Of a DNA stretch of 62,839 nt, positions 24,381-32,217 are shown one piece after another; within the stretch, counting starts at the first letter, position 1; every line of letters starts with the position of its first letter. The stretch spans positions 1 through 62,839 of the forward strand of contig JABDLI010000179.1 of the NCBI GenBank assembly GCA_013003065.1, given 5' to 3'. The DNA is from Phycisphaerales bacterium. Lineage in GTDB: Bacteria > Planctomycetota > Phycisphaerae > Phycisphaerales > SM1A02. The notes beneath the pieces were generated by a model. The model did not search any database and was not told the origin of the DNA. It saw nothing but the letters and a program-made list of their open reading frames with translations. A program made the translations under genes and the position numbers.

Positions 24381-26954
24381 ATGACCGTTCCCAGCACACT
24401 TGCCGGCGTCCTGCTGTTCTGCCTGGCGTTGGCAGCGGCGACGATGCTGCTCGTCTTCGTGCTCGTCCCTCTCTTCAAGGGTCTCGGCTACCTGATCGGG
24501 ATGCTCTTCCGCGGCATCGGTTGGCTCGTCGCCCACCTCTTCGAGTTCGTGGCCGGCACGATCGGCGACGCGGTCCGGTTCATCGGTGCGATCCTGGCCT
24601 CGGTGCTGCTGGCGCCGCTGGCGGTTCTGAACGTCCTCATCGGCCGATGGTCGGCCGCCGGTCACTTCGCCGACTCCGTCAGCCGCGAGTGCAAGGTCGG
24701 GGCGGGCTGCATATACCGGATGCTGATTCGACGGCCGCTCAAGCTCGTCATGCTGCACGGTCTCCTCGAAGGCGTGGAGCAACGCGTGCCCGAGGCGATG
24801 GCGGCGGCGCCCACGTCGGACAAGCCCCGCAAGCGTCTCGGTCAGTTCCCCGGATACACGATCGTCGGCTCCCTCCGGGGCGGCGGCTCCGGCGCGAAGC
24901 TGTTCATCGCGACCCCCGACCCCGCGATGCGTGCGCGGTACGCCTCCATGCCCGAGCGTGTCGTCATCAAGTGCTTCGCCCTCAGCGAGGGTTCGAGCCT
25001 TCCGCAGATGCTCCGCGAATCACGCGCGCTCGAGTCGGCCAAGCAGCTCGGTCTCGTGTTCGACCACGCGATGGAAGAGCATCGCTTCTACTACGTGATG
25101 CCGTACCACGCCGGGGACCACCTCTCGATCGTCACCCGCCAGCTCCACGGTGAGTCGGACACTGCCGGCCTCGAAGGCGATCGTCTCCGCACGGCCATCG
25201 GCTACCTGTGCGATCTCGTCCACACGCTCGCGGTCTATCACCGCGGTGGTCTCTGGCACAAGGACGTGAAACCCGAGAACATCATCATCCACAGCGGGCA
25301 TGCGCACCTCGTCGACCTCGGCCTGGTCACCCCGCTGCGATCGGCGATGACGCTCACCACGCACGGCACCGAATACTTCCGCGATCCCGAGCTCGTGCGG
25401 CAAGCCCTCCGCGGCGTCAAGGTCCATCAGGTCAACGGCGCGAAGTTCGACATCTACGCCGCCGGCGCCGTGGCGTACTTCATCGCCGAGAACACCTTCC
25501 CGCCCCATGGCGCGCTCAGCCGCTTCGGACGCCGCAGCCCGGATGCGTTGCGTTGGATCATCCGTCGTGCCATGGCCGACTACACCCATCGCTACGAGCA
25601 CGCCGACGAAATGCTCGCGGATCTTCGGTACGTCGCCGGCGCCTCCGACCCGTTCGCCGTGAAACCCGCCGACCTGCCGTCGCTGCGTGGTGCCGCCGTC
25701 GAGCCGCCTCCGCTTCCGTCCCCCCCGGACGCCGTGGCCGCCCGCGTCGGTTCGCCGGTGCCCCCGCCCCCGCCCCCGCCGACGCCGACTCCGGTTTTCA
25801 ATCCCGAGCCGGCCCGACCGGCCGCCATGGGCACGCCCGAGATCACGGTGACGAACTGGTGGACCGGCGCGTATCGCGTGGAATCTTCGGCGGACGCGGT
25901 CGTTCCGCCGGCCCCCACGCCGTCGATCCGCGACCAGGCGCGTGCGATGCGGCACGAGACCGCGAAGCTGCGTCGCGACATCCGGTCCGGGCGTCTCAGC
26001 GCCCGGAAAGCCGCTCGCGCGCAGGTGAAGGCCGCACGCTCGCGGGCCCGCGAGGTCCGCGCACGGGCTCGGTCCCACCGGCATCGTGCGGTGGCGGAGC
26101 GGCAGCCGTCGTTGGCGCTCATCGCGCTCGGCCTGGTGGCCGTGCTCTTCTTCGGCGCCATCACGGCCGGCGTCGTCCTGGCCCGCTCCTCCTCCAACCG
26201 CAGCTACGCCAAGACCACCGTGTCGACACCCGGATCCAACCTGCCGGTTCTCATCGTCGACGATGGCCGCAACGCGACCGAAGCGCACCTGCAGCGGCTC
26301 GAGAAGGTGGCGGAGTCGTACGAGCGTCGCGGGTTCGACGTCGTGCCCGGTCTGGTTCCCGATCGGGGCACCCTCCACGGTTGGCTGGAGACCTGGGAGC
26401 AGGCGAAGTCGGGCAGCGCTGAGCGGAAGGCGGCCGACGATCTCATCGAAGCGGCGATGGCCGAGATGAACGTCTACGGGCTCGTCCTCGTGAGCGAAAC
26501 CGACAGCGGCCGGCTCGACCACAACCTCATTCGCTCGACGGCGCCGGGCGCCAAGCAACGCCGCCACCTCGAGCTGCCGGCCCCGCCGTCGTCGCTGCCG
26601 TTTCTGGTCGTGAACGATCATCCCACCCGGTACGCGCCCGAGACGTCCGAACGGGTCGAGCAACGGCTTGCGGAATATCGCCTCCACGGCTGGAACATCG
26701 TGAGCGACGACGCCCTCGAGGCGGACATGCGTCCGCTGCTGCCCGCGGGCCCGGTCGCCGCCGCCGCCGCGTTTCCTGCCCGCTTTCATCTCCGGCTCGC
26801 CCAGGACGGTTTCGCAGGGATCCTGCACGTCTCCGCGCCCGGCGGTGCCGGCCCCGTGGCGGAGCGGATCGAGGTGAAGGTGATCGAGGCCGAGTCGACG
26901 CCGGCGCTTCCCGATGGCGACGCACGGGCCCACCGGCACCGCGACGCGGCCTGA
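24381..26954 (+). CDS. membrane Ser/Thr protein kinase with duplicated C-terminal extracytoplasmic module
   Basis: GAGGAG lies 8 nt upstream. It has N-terminal TM segments and a Hanks kinase core (HKDVKPENIII, DLGLV, GTEYFRDPE). A Pro-rich linker, a further TM (LALIALGLVAVLFFGAITAGVVLA) and a ~250-aa C-terminal region follow. Confidence 0.85.
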   Translation: MTVPSTLAGVLLFCLALAAATMLLVFVLVPLFKGLGYLIGMLFRGIGWLVAHLFEFVAGTIGDAVRFIGAILASVLLAPLAVLNVLIGRWSAAGHFADSVSRECKVGAGCIYRMLIRRPLKLVMLHGLLEGVEQRVPEAMAAAPTSDKPRKRLGQFPGYTIVGSLRGGGSGAKLFIATPDPAMRARYASMPERVVIKCFALSEGSSLPQMLRESRALESAKQLGLVFDHAMEEHRFYYVMPYHAGDHLSIVTRQLHGESDTAGLEGDRLRTAIGYLCDLVHTLAVYHRGGLWHKDVKPENIIIHSGHAHLVDLGLVTPLRSAMTLTTHGTEYFRDPELVRQALRGVKVHQVNGAKFDIYAAGAVAYFIAENTFPPHGALSRFGRRSPDALRWIIRRAMADYTHRYEHADEMLADLRYVAGASDPFAVKPADLPSLRGAAVEPPPLPSPPDAVAARVGSPVPPPPPPPTPTPVFNPEPARPAAMGTPEITVTNWWTGAYRVESSADAVVPPAPTPSIRDQARAMRHETAKLRRDIRSGRLSARKAARAQVKAARSRAREVRARARSHRHRAVAERQPSLALIALGLVAVLFFGAITAGVVLARSSSNRSYAKTTVSTPGSNLPVLIVDDGRNATEAHLQRLEKVAESYERRGFDVVPGLVPDRGTLHGWLETWEQAKSGSAERKAADDLIEAAMAEMNVYGLVLVSETDSGRLDHNLIRSTAPGAKQRRHLELPAPPSSLPFLVVNDHPTRYAPETSERVEQRLAEYRLHGWNIVSDDALEADMRPLLPAGPVAAAAAFPARFHLRLAQDGFAGILHVSAPGGAGPVAERIEVKVIEAESTPALPDGDARAHRHRDAA

Positions 26955-26983
26955 GCTGATCGCCCGATCTCATGCAAACAAGC

Positions 26984-27015
26984 ACGCCCCGCCGGGAGCC
27001 CGGCGGGGCGTTTTC
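26984..27015. terminator. bidirectional intrinsic terminator between the kinase gene and flgH
   Basis: ACGCCCCGCCGG-GAGC-CCGGCGGGGCGT has an 11-12-bp stem. It is followed by TTTTCGG on the plus strand and GCTTGTTTG on the minus strand. Confidence 0.7.
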
Positions 27016-27038
27016 GGTTGCGCGGCGTTTGGCTTTCC

Positions 27039-27758
27039 TCAGAAGGCGAATATCGTGTCCAGGATCTTCGCGATGATTCCCTTCTCGCTGCTCTTCTTCA
27101 GCTCTCCCTCGTGCACCTTCTCGATCGCGAGATCGTGAAGCTGCGTGGAGAGCACCGTGTTGACGGCCGTCACGTCGATCGGGCGACACACGCCGGTCAC
27201 CTTGAGCAGCGACTGCTCCTCGTCGGTCTGGATTCGGGTGCGGGCCTCCAGGATCAAGTTGCCGTTCGGCAGGACGTCGATCACCTCGGCCGTGAGCCGC
27301 GCGGTGAACTCGTCCTCGCGTTTGTAATCACCCTCGCCCTGGAAGTCCTTCGTCAGGCCGACGTCGACCCGCGGAAGACCCGTCGTGCGGCCGGCATTGA
27401 TCTGGAGATTCAGCAAGTCCGAGAGCTGCAGGTCCGGCCAGGCCGCGATGCGGCCGTTGAGGTCGTAGTCTTTCTGGGTTTCCAACTCCTGGGAGCTCTC
27501 GGCCCGGCTCGACTCCCGCACGACGATCACGATGAGGTCGTGCTTGTTGAAGACCCGCAGCTCGGGCGGTGAGATCGCGAACATGCTGACGTCCAGAAGT
27601 GCGTGCGGTTCGCGGCCGTCGGTGCGCGGCAGCGAACGGCTGGCGGCGCGGGCGAGCAGGCCGCTCGTCGGCGCCGGCGTCGACGCAAGCGTGACGCCGG
27701 GAACTGCGATTGCCGTGGTCGCGGCCAGGGCGATGAGGGTCTTGCGGGGGTCGTTCAT
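27039..27758 (-). CDS. flgH: flagellar L-ring protein FlgH
   Basis: It has a signal peptide and FlgH-typical sequence (DLIVIVVRESS...LTAEVIDVLPNGNLILEARTRIQTDEEQSLLKVTGVCRPIDV). ATG 27758 overlaps the flgA stop (ATGA). Confidence 0.88.
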   Translation of the reverse strand: MNDPRKTLIALAATTAIAVPGVTLASTPAPTSGLLARAASRSLPRTDGREPHALLDVSMFAISPPELRVFNKHDLIVIVVRESSRAESSQELETQKDYDLNGRIAAWPDLQLSDLLNLQINAGRTTGLPRVDVGLTKDFQGEGDYKREDEFTARLTAEVIDVLPNGNLILEARTRIQTDEEQSLLKVTGVCRPIDVTAVNTVLSTQLHDLAIEKVHEGELKKSSEKGIIAKILDTIFAF

Positions 27759-28861
27759 GAGCCTCTTCCTTCCGAGGGGTTGCGGGCAGCGGCGGTCCCG
27801 GAGGCCGTGCTGAGGTCGAGCGTCAGTTCGCCGGGGGCGATGACGGTGGCCGTGAAGACCGAGCGTTCGCCGGGGCGACGCAGCTCGACCGGCTCGCCGA
27901 GGGCTCCATCTTCGAGTGCTTCGGCGTTCATCCGGATCACCATGCCGCCCACGAGGCACTGCACGTTGACGCGGTCACCGCGTTGAACGAGCGCGCGTTG
28001 CCGCACGTGCTTGGACCGCACGATCGCGCCGGCCTTCAATCGTTGGGTCGTCACGCGGCCGGCGATCGCCCCCGGCGTCGCGGCGATGGCGTGTTGACTC
28101 GGGGGAAGCCACCGCGTCTCCGTCCCGAAGTCATCGGCCGTCAGGACACCGCTGCGTGGCACCTCCCGACGCATGAATGCGACGGGCGCTTCGACGAGAG
28201 GCTCGAAGGAAACACGCGTGCGGTCGACGATACGCCCGTTCTCCCAGATCCGCACCTGCAGGCCGACGCGATCGCTGCCGTAGTCCGTCTGCGGGATGAG
28301 CTCGAAGTCGGCGCCATGGGAGGGACGCTCGAGCGTGGCAGCGTCCCGGGATTCGAATCGCAGCCGCAGCGAGCCCGGCGTCACGCCGAGTGCCAGCGCG
28401 GTCTGGCGGGCAATCGCCCCGCCCAGATCGTTGCCGGCGGCCAGATCGGCCGCGTTCACCTCGAGCGCGTTCGACACGCGTTCGCCGCGACGGACGGGCG
28501 GGTTGACGGCGACCGCCCGCATCGCGCCGGGCGCGGCCGTGCCGGCGGCGGCCGCCGGACGCACGAGGATCGCCCGTCCGCTCAGGTTCACACGGCCCCA
28601 GTGGACGCCCGCGTTGTCGAGCCGGCGTTTGACGTCGTCGACCGAGATCTCCAGCAGCGTTGCCGGATCGCGCTCGGCAATGACGGTCGAGGCGAGGGCG
28701 GCGGCCTCCGCGCCGTCGAGGCGGGCGATGGCTCCGAGCGTGACGCTCGTCTGCTGTGCGTCCAGCCGGACCGATGAACGCAGACGAATGGTGTCGGCGG
28801 AGGCGGGCAGGGTCGCCAGCAGGCCGAGGGCGGCGGCGGTCAGTGACGTAAGACGCATCAC
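27755..28861 (-). CDS. flgA: flagellar basal-body P-ring formation chaperone FlgA (long form)
   Basis: It has a signal peptide MMRLTSLTAAALGLLATLPASA and a C-terminal SAF/FlgA region (TQRLKAGAIVRSKHVRQRALVQRGDRVNV...GEPVELRRPGERSVFTATV). It sits between flgG and flgH. Confidence 0.78.
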   Translation of the reverse strand: MMRLTSLTAAALGLLATLPASADTIRLRSSVRLDAQQTSVTLGAIARLDGAEAAALASTVIAERDPATLLEISVDDVKRRLDNAGVHWGRVNLSGRAILVRPAAAAGTAAPGAMRAVAVNPPVRRGERVSNALEVNAADLAAGNDLGGAIARQTALALGVTPGSLRLRFESRDAATLERPSHGADFELIPQTDYGSDRVGLQVRIWENGRIVDRTRVSFEPLVEAPVAFMRREVPRSGVLTADDFGTETRWLPPSQHAIAATPGAIAGRVTTQRLKAGAIVRSKHVRQRALVQRGDRVNVQCLVGGMVIRMNAEALEDGALGEPVELRRPGERSVFTATVIAPGELTLDLSTASGTAAARNPSEGRGS

Positions 28862-28891
28862 GATGCAAACTCCCAGACGAATCAGCGTGAA

Positions 28892-29701
28892 TCAGAAGGA
28901 ACGGAGACGGCCGACGTTCTGCAGGACCTCGTCCGCGGCTTGGATGGACTGGCTGTTGATCTCGAAGGCCCGCTGGGTCTTGATGAGCGAGACCAGCTCG
29001 ATCACCGGATCGACGTTCGAGCCCTCCAGGAACCCCTGCGTCAGGCGTCCCCGGTCGCCTTCGGTCGGCGTGCCGAGCTGGGCCGGCCCCGACGCGGCGC
29101 TCGGGATGTACAGGTTGTCGCCGACCTGCTGGAGCCCGGCGGGGTTGATGAAGCTGGCGAGCTCGATGTTGCCGATCTCGCTGGGCTCGGTGTCGCCCGG
29201 AAGGTCGACCTGCACCGTGCCGTCGGGGAGGATCGCGATGCCCGTTGCCTCCTGCGGCACGGTCACCCCCGGGTCGAGCCGGCGTCCGTCGTCGTTGGCC
29301 ATCACCAGCTCGCCGTCGCTGTTGAGCGTGAAGTTGCCGGCCCGGGTGTACGCCAGCCCGCCGCCGAGATCGTCTTCGACCTGCACCTGAAAGAACCCCG
29401 GGCCCTCGATCATGACGTCGAGCGGTCGCTCGGTGACTTGGGCGGGTCCCTGGCTGAAGTCGAGATGCGTGCCGGAGACGCGGACGCCGTGACCGACGTA
29501 CAGGCCGATGGGACGCTGATCGCCGTTGAGGTTCTCGACGCCGGGCTGCGCCCGCTCTTCGTAGAGCAGATCCTGGAAGTTCACCCGGCTGCCCTTGAAG
29601 CCGTCCGTGTTGATGTTGGCGAGGTTGTGGGCGGTCACGTCGAGCGCCGTGCTCAACGCGTTCAGGGCGGTCGAAGCGGAATGGAGAGAGGCGATCGCCA
29701 T
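28892..29701 (-). CDS. flgG: flagellar basal-body rod protein FlgG
   Basis: The N-terminal (LDVTAHNLANINTDGFK) and C-terminal (GFLEGSNVDPVIELVSLIKTQRAFEINS) rod-protein motifs are present. Confidence 0.92.
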   Translation of the reverse strand: MAIASLHSASTALNALSTALDVTAHNLANINTDGFKGSRVNFQDLLYEERAQPGVENLNGDQRPIGLYVGHGVRVSGTHLDFSQGPAQVTERPLDVMIEGPGFFQVQVEDDLGGGLAYTRAGNFTLNSDGELVMANDDGRRLDPGVTVPQEATGIAILPDGTVQVDLPGDTEPSEIGNIELASFINPAGLQQVGDNLYIPSAASGPAQLGTPTEGDRGRLTQGFLEGSNVDPVIELVSLIKTQRAFEINSQSIQAADEVLQNVGRLRSF

Positions 29702-29714
29702 GGGAAGACTCCTG

Positions 29715-30497
29715 TCAGGCCACGCGGCCGAACGTGTTGATGGCCTGGCCGAGGGCCTGATCGTGGTACTGCATCATCTTGAGGTTGCTCTGTGCGGCCT
29801 TGGCGGCCGCCAGCATCGCGGTCATGGTCTGGATGGGGTCGACCGCGCTCGCTTCGGTGAAGTTCTGGCGGACGCTGCCGGTCGCGGAGGCGAGGCTCGC
29901 GACGTCGCCGCCATCACGCAGGCGGTAGAGATTGTCGCCGAGCTTCTCGAGCGCCCCCGCATCGGGCACGTGCCGGAGGGCGATGCGGCTGACGATGGCC
30001 CCGCTCTGGATGACATCACCGTTGCCGTTGACCTTCACCGGCGCGGTGGGGTCGAGACGAATCGGTTGCAGGCTGCGGTCGAGGACGCGGTGGCCGTCGG
30101 CCGCCGTCACCAACTCGCCCCGCGCCGACAGCGCGAAACGCCCGTCCCGCGTCAGCCGATGGTGATCGGGGCCGACCGTGCGACCGTCGTTGACGACGAA
30201 CAGGCCGTCGCCCTGGATGCCGAAGTCGAGCTCGCTCGCGCTCGCCGTCAACGCGGCCGGCGCGAGATCGACCCGCGTGGGATCCATGAAGAGCCCGCCC
30301 CCGAGACGCTCGAGCAGCCACTGCGGGTCGGCAGTGAGCACCGATCCCTCCAGCCGCTCGGGCAGCCGCTCGCGTGTCGTGACCCGATCGGGCTTGAACG
30401 CGGTCGTGTTCATGTTCGCGAGGTTGTTCGCGAGGACGTCCTGGCGGTACATGCTCGACAACGCGCCGCCGGCGGACAGATAGAGGCCGTAGTTCAT
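29715..30497 (-). CDS. flgF: flagellar basal-body rod protein FlgF
   Basis: Rod-protein N-terminus (QDVLANNLANMNTTAFK) and C-terminus (FTEASAVDPIQTMTAMLAAAKAAQSN). It lies immediately upstream of flgG. Confidence 0.88.
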   Translation of the reverse strand: MNYGLYLSAGGALSSMYRQDVLANNLANMNTTAFKPDRVTTRERLPERLEGSVLTADPQWLLERLGGGLFMDPTRVDLAPAALTASASELDFGIQGDGLFVVNDGRTVGPDHHRLTRDGRFALSARGELVTAADGHRVLDRSLQPIRLDPTAPVKVNGNGDVIQSGAIVSRIALRHVPDAGALEKLGDNLYRLRDGGDVASLASATGSVRQNFTEASAVDPIQTMTAMLAAAKAAQSNLKMMQYHDQALGQAINTFGRVA

Positions 30498-30712
30498 CGA
30501 ACAGGCTCCCGCGCTGGCATTCGACGATCCGCGTGACCATCGGTCTCGACGACGCGTCGAGCCGACTCGGCCAGATGGATCGACGTGGCCAGGCGGGCGA
30601 GGCGGATCGTGTCCGCCCCGAGCGTGGAAACCGCGTCCCTTCGTCCATCCACGCCGATCCGGTCCCCGGATCGCAGTGCGTGTTCAACCGTGCTCTTGAT
30701 CAAGTCCCGCAT
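30494..30712 (-). CDS. small hypothetical protein, first ORF of the flagellar operon
   Basis: 72 codons. AAGGAG (30724..30719) lies 6 nt upstream of ATG 30712. Its stop overlaps the flgF ATG (ATGA). Third codon positions are GC-rich. It lies downstream of the sigma54 promoter. Confidence 0.45.
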   Translation of the reverse strand: MRDLIKSTVEHALRSGDRIGVDGRRDAVSTLGADTIRLARLATSIHLAESARRVVETDGHADRRMPAREPVR

Positions 30713-30754
30713 TCGGCACTCCTTGCCATTGGGGAGAGCGTGTTCCCCACGCGG

Positions 30755-30771
30755 GGCAACGAGCGTGCCAA
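30755..30771 (-). promoter_or_regulatory. sigma54 (RpoN) -24/-12 promoter of the flagellar operon
   Basis: On the minus strand, TTGGCACGCTCGTTGCC matches TGGCAC-N5-TTGC exactly. It lies ~45-60 nt upstream of ATG 30712. Confidence 0.62.
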
Positions 30772-30976
30772 CCCCTGACGCGAGCGCCGACGAGCGCCAG
30801 CGGGCGTCGGGCGCAGCAACGGCAGGAGCAACCGATGCCAAAGCGCAATGTTTGCTCGCCCCCGGTCGGTCCGGCGTCGAGCGACCGCGGACCGGGTCAG
30901 GAGTCGATTCGCACATTTGTGCGGGAGGCACCGAGACGCAGTCGATGACCAGGAGGCACCTGGACAAGGGACGGTC

Positions 30977-31234
30977 ATGGAAGACGAGCGACTGCGAGCC
31001 GCCGAACGAAATGGCGCATGCCCCCACATCGATCGCAACGATCCGCGTTGCGCGACGCGATTCTGCCTGGGCCGAATCGAGCAAGCGTTCTCGGTGTGTT
31101 TCGGCGCGTTCCACGGCTGCCCGATGTTCCACCGGATCAACTGCGAGGAGACCGACGTCGCACCGGTTCCGGCCCTGGTGACGATCACGGTGGCCCGCCA
31201 TGCCGTCGAGCCCCTTCGACCAACCGGTACGTGA
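30977..31234 (+). CDS. small Cys/His-rich hypothetical protein
   Basis: 85 codons (MEDERLRAAERNGACPHIDRNDPRCATRFCLGRIEQAFSVCFGAFHGCPMFHRINCEE...). Third codon positions are GC-rich. Its 3' end overlaps the xerD start by 35 nt. Support is weak. Confidence 0.3.
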   Translation: MEDERLRAAERNGACPHIDRNDPRCATRFCLGRIEQAFSVCFGAFHGCPMFHRINCEETDVAPVPALVTITVARHAVEPLRPTGT

Positions 31235-32108
31235 GTTTCTGACCTATTTGCGGATCGAGGCCGGGCTCGCGCCGGCAACGCTCGATGCGTACGGTCGTGA
31301 TCTTCGCGATCTCGTCGATGACCTGGGAGGTGTCGCGGGGCCCGCCGCGGTGACGCCACGCAATCTGTCCGAGCACGTGCGACGCCTGCACCGCGACCGC
31401 AACCTGCAACCGTCTTCGATCGCGCGGCACATCGTGACGATTCGCGTGTTCTTCCGGTACCTCGGCGCGAACGGCGGGCTGGACGAAGATCCGACCCGCA
31501 TCCTCGAGACACCGACGCGGTGGAAGCGGCTGCCGGGAGTGCTGACGCCGAAACAGATGAAGCAGCTCCTCGCCGGACCGGAGCCCGCCCACGGACGTCT
31601 GTGGCGACGGGACCGCGCGATGCTGGAGCTGATGTACGCAGCCGGGCTCCGCGCCACCGAGGTCGCCACGCTCCGCGTCGATGAGTACAACGCCACCCTC
31701 GGCGTGGTGCTCGTGACCGGCAAGGGCCGAAAGCAGCGGCTGGTTCCCGTCGGCGTGCCGGCGCAGCAGCACGTCGCCGCATACCTGACGGAGCTGCGTC
31801 CCCAGCTCGTGCATATCGAGGATGACCGCGACGAAGGACGTCTGCTCCTGTCCAACAGCGGACGCCCGCTGGAGCGGGTGGCAGTGTGGCAGATCGTTCG
31901 CCGTGTCGCGGGCCGAGCGGGGCTCGGGCATGTCCACCCGCACATGCTCCGCCACAGCTTCGCCACGCATCTTCTCGCCGGAGGCGCCGACCTGCGGGTC
32001 GTGCAGGAGTTGCTGGGACACCGCGACATCGCGACCACGCAGGTGTACACGCACGTCGACCGCAGCCGCCTGCGGGCCGTCGTGAAGAGCTTTCATCCGC
32101 GGGGCTGA
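31200..32108 (+). CDS. xerD: site-specific tyrosine recombinase XerD/XerC family
   Basis: It has an N-terminal SAM-like domain (FLTYLRIEAGLAPATLDAYGRDL) and catalytic R..HxxR..Y residues (HMLRHSFATHLL...TTQVYTHV). Confidence 0.87.
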   Translation: MPSSPFDQPVREFLTYLRIEAGLAPATLDAYGRDLRDLVDDLGGVAGPAAVTPRNLSEHVRRLHRDRNLQPSSIARHIVTIRVFFRYLGANGGLDEDPTRILETPTRWKRLPGVLTPKQMKQLLAGPEPAHGRLWRRDRAMLELMYAAGLRATEVATLRVDEYNATLGVVLVTGKGRKQRLVPVGVPAQQHVAAYLTELRPQLVHIEDDRDEGRLLLSNSGRPLERVAVWQIVRRVAGRAGLGHVHPHMLRHSFATHLLAGGADLRVVQELLGHRDIATTQVYTHVDRSRLRAVVKSFHPRG

Positions 32109-32217
32109 CGCCCGGCCGGGCCGCCCGTCCCCGCCCGCCCCGGACCCCCGGACTCCCCGACCCCCCGGGGGAGCGGCCTACAATCGCACCCGCGATTCGA
32201 TTCCAGGCACGTACCGC

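Noticed and set aside
31200-32108. The tyrosine recombinase as a marker of an integrated mobile element.
   Set aside because: The sequence and size fit housekeeping XerC/XerD. I saw no flanking tRNA, direct repeats, phage genes or compositional shift.
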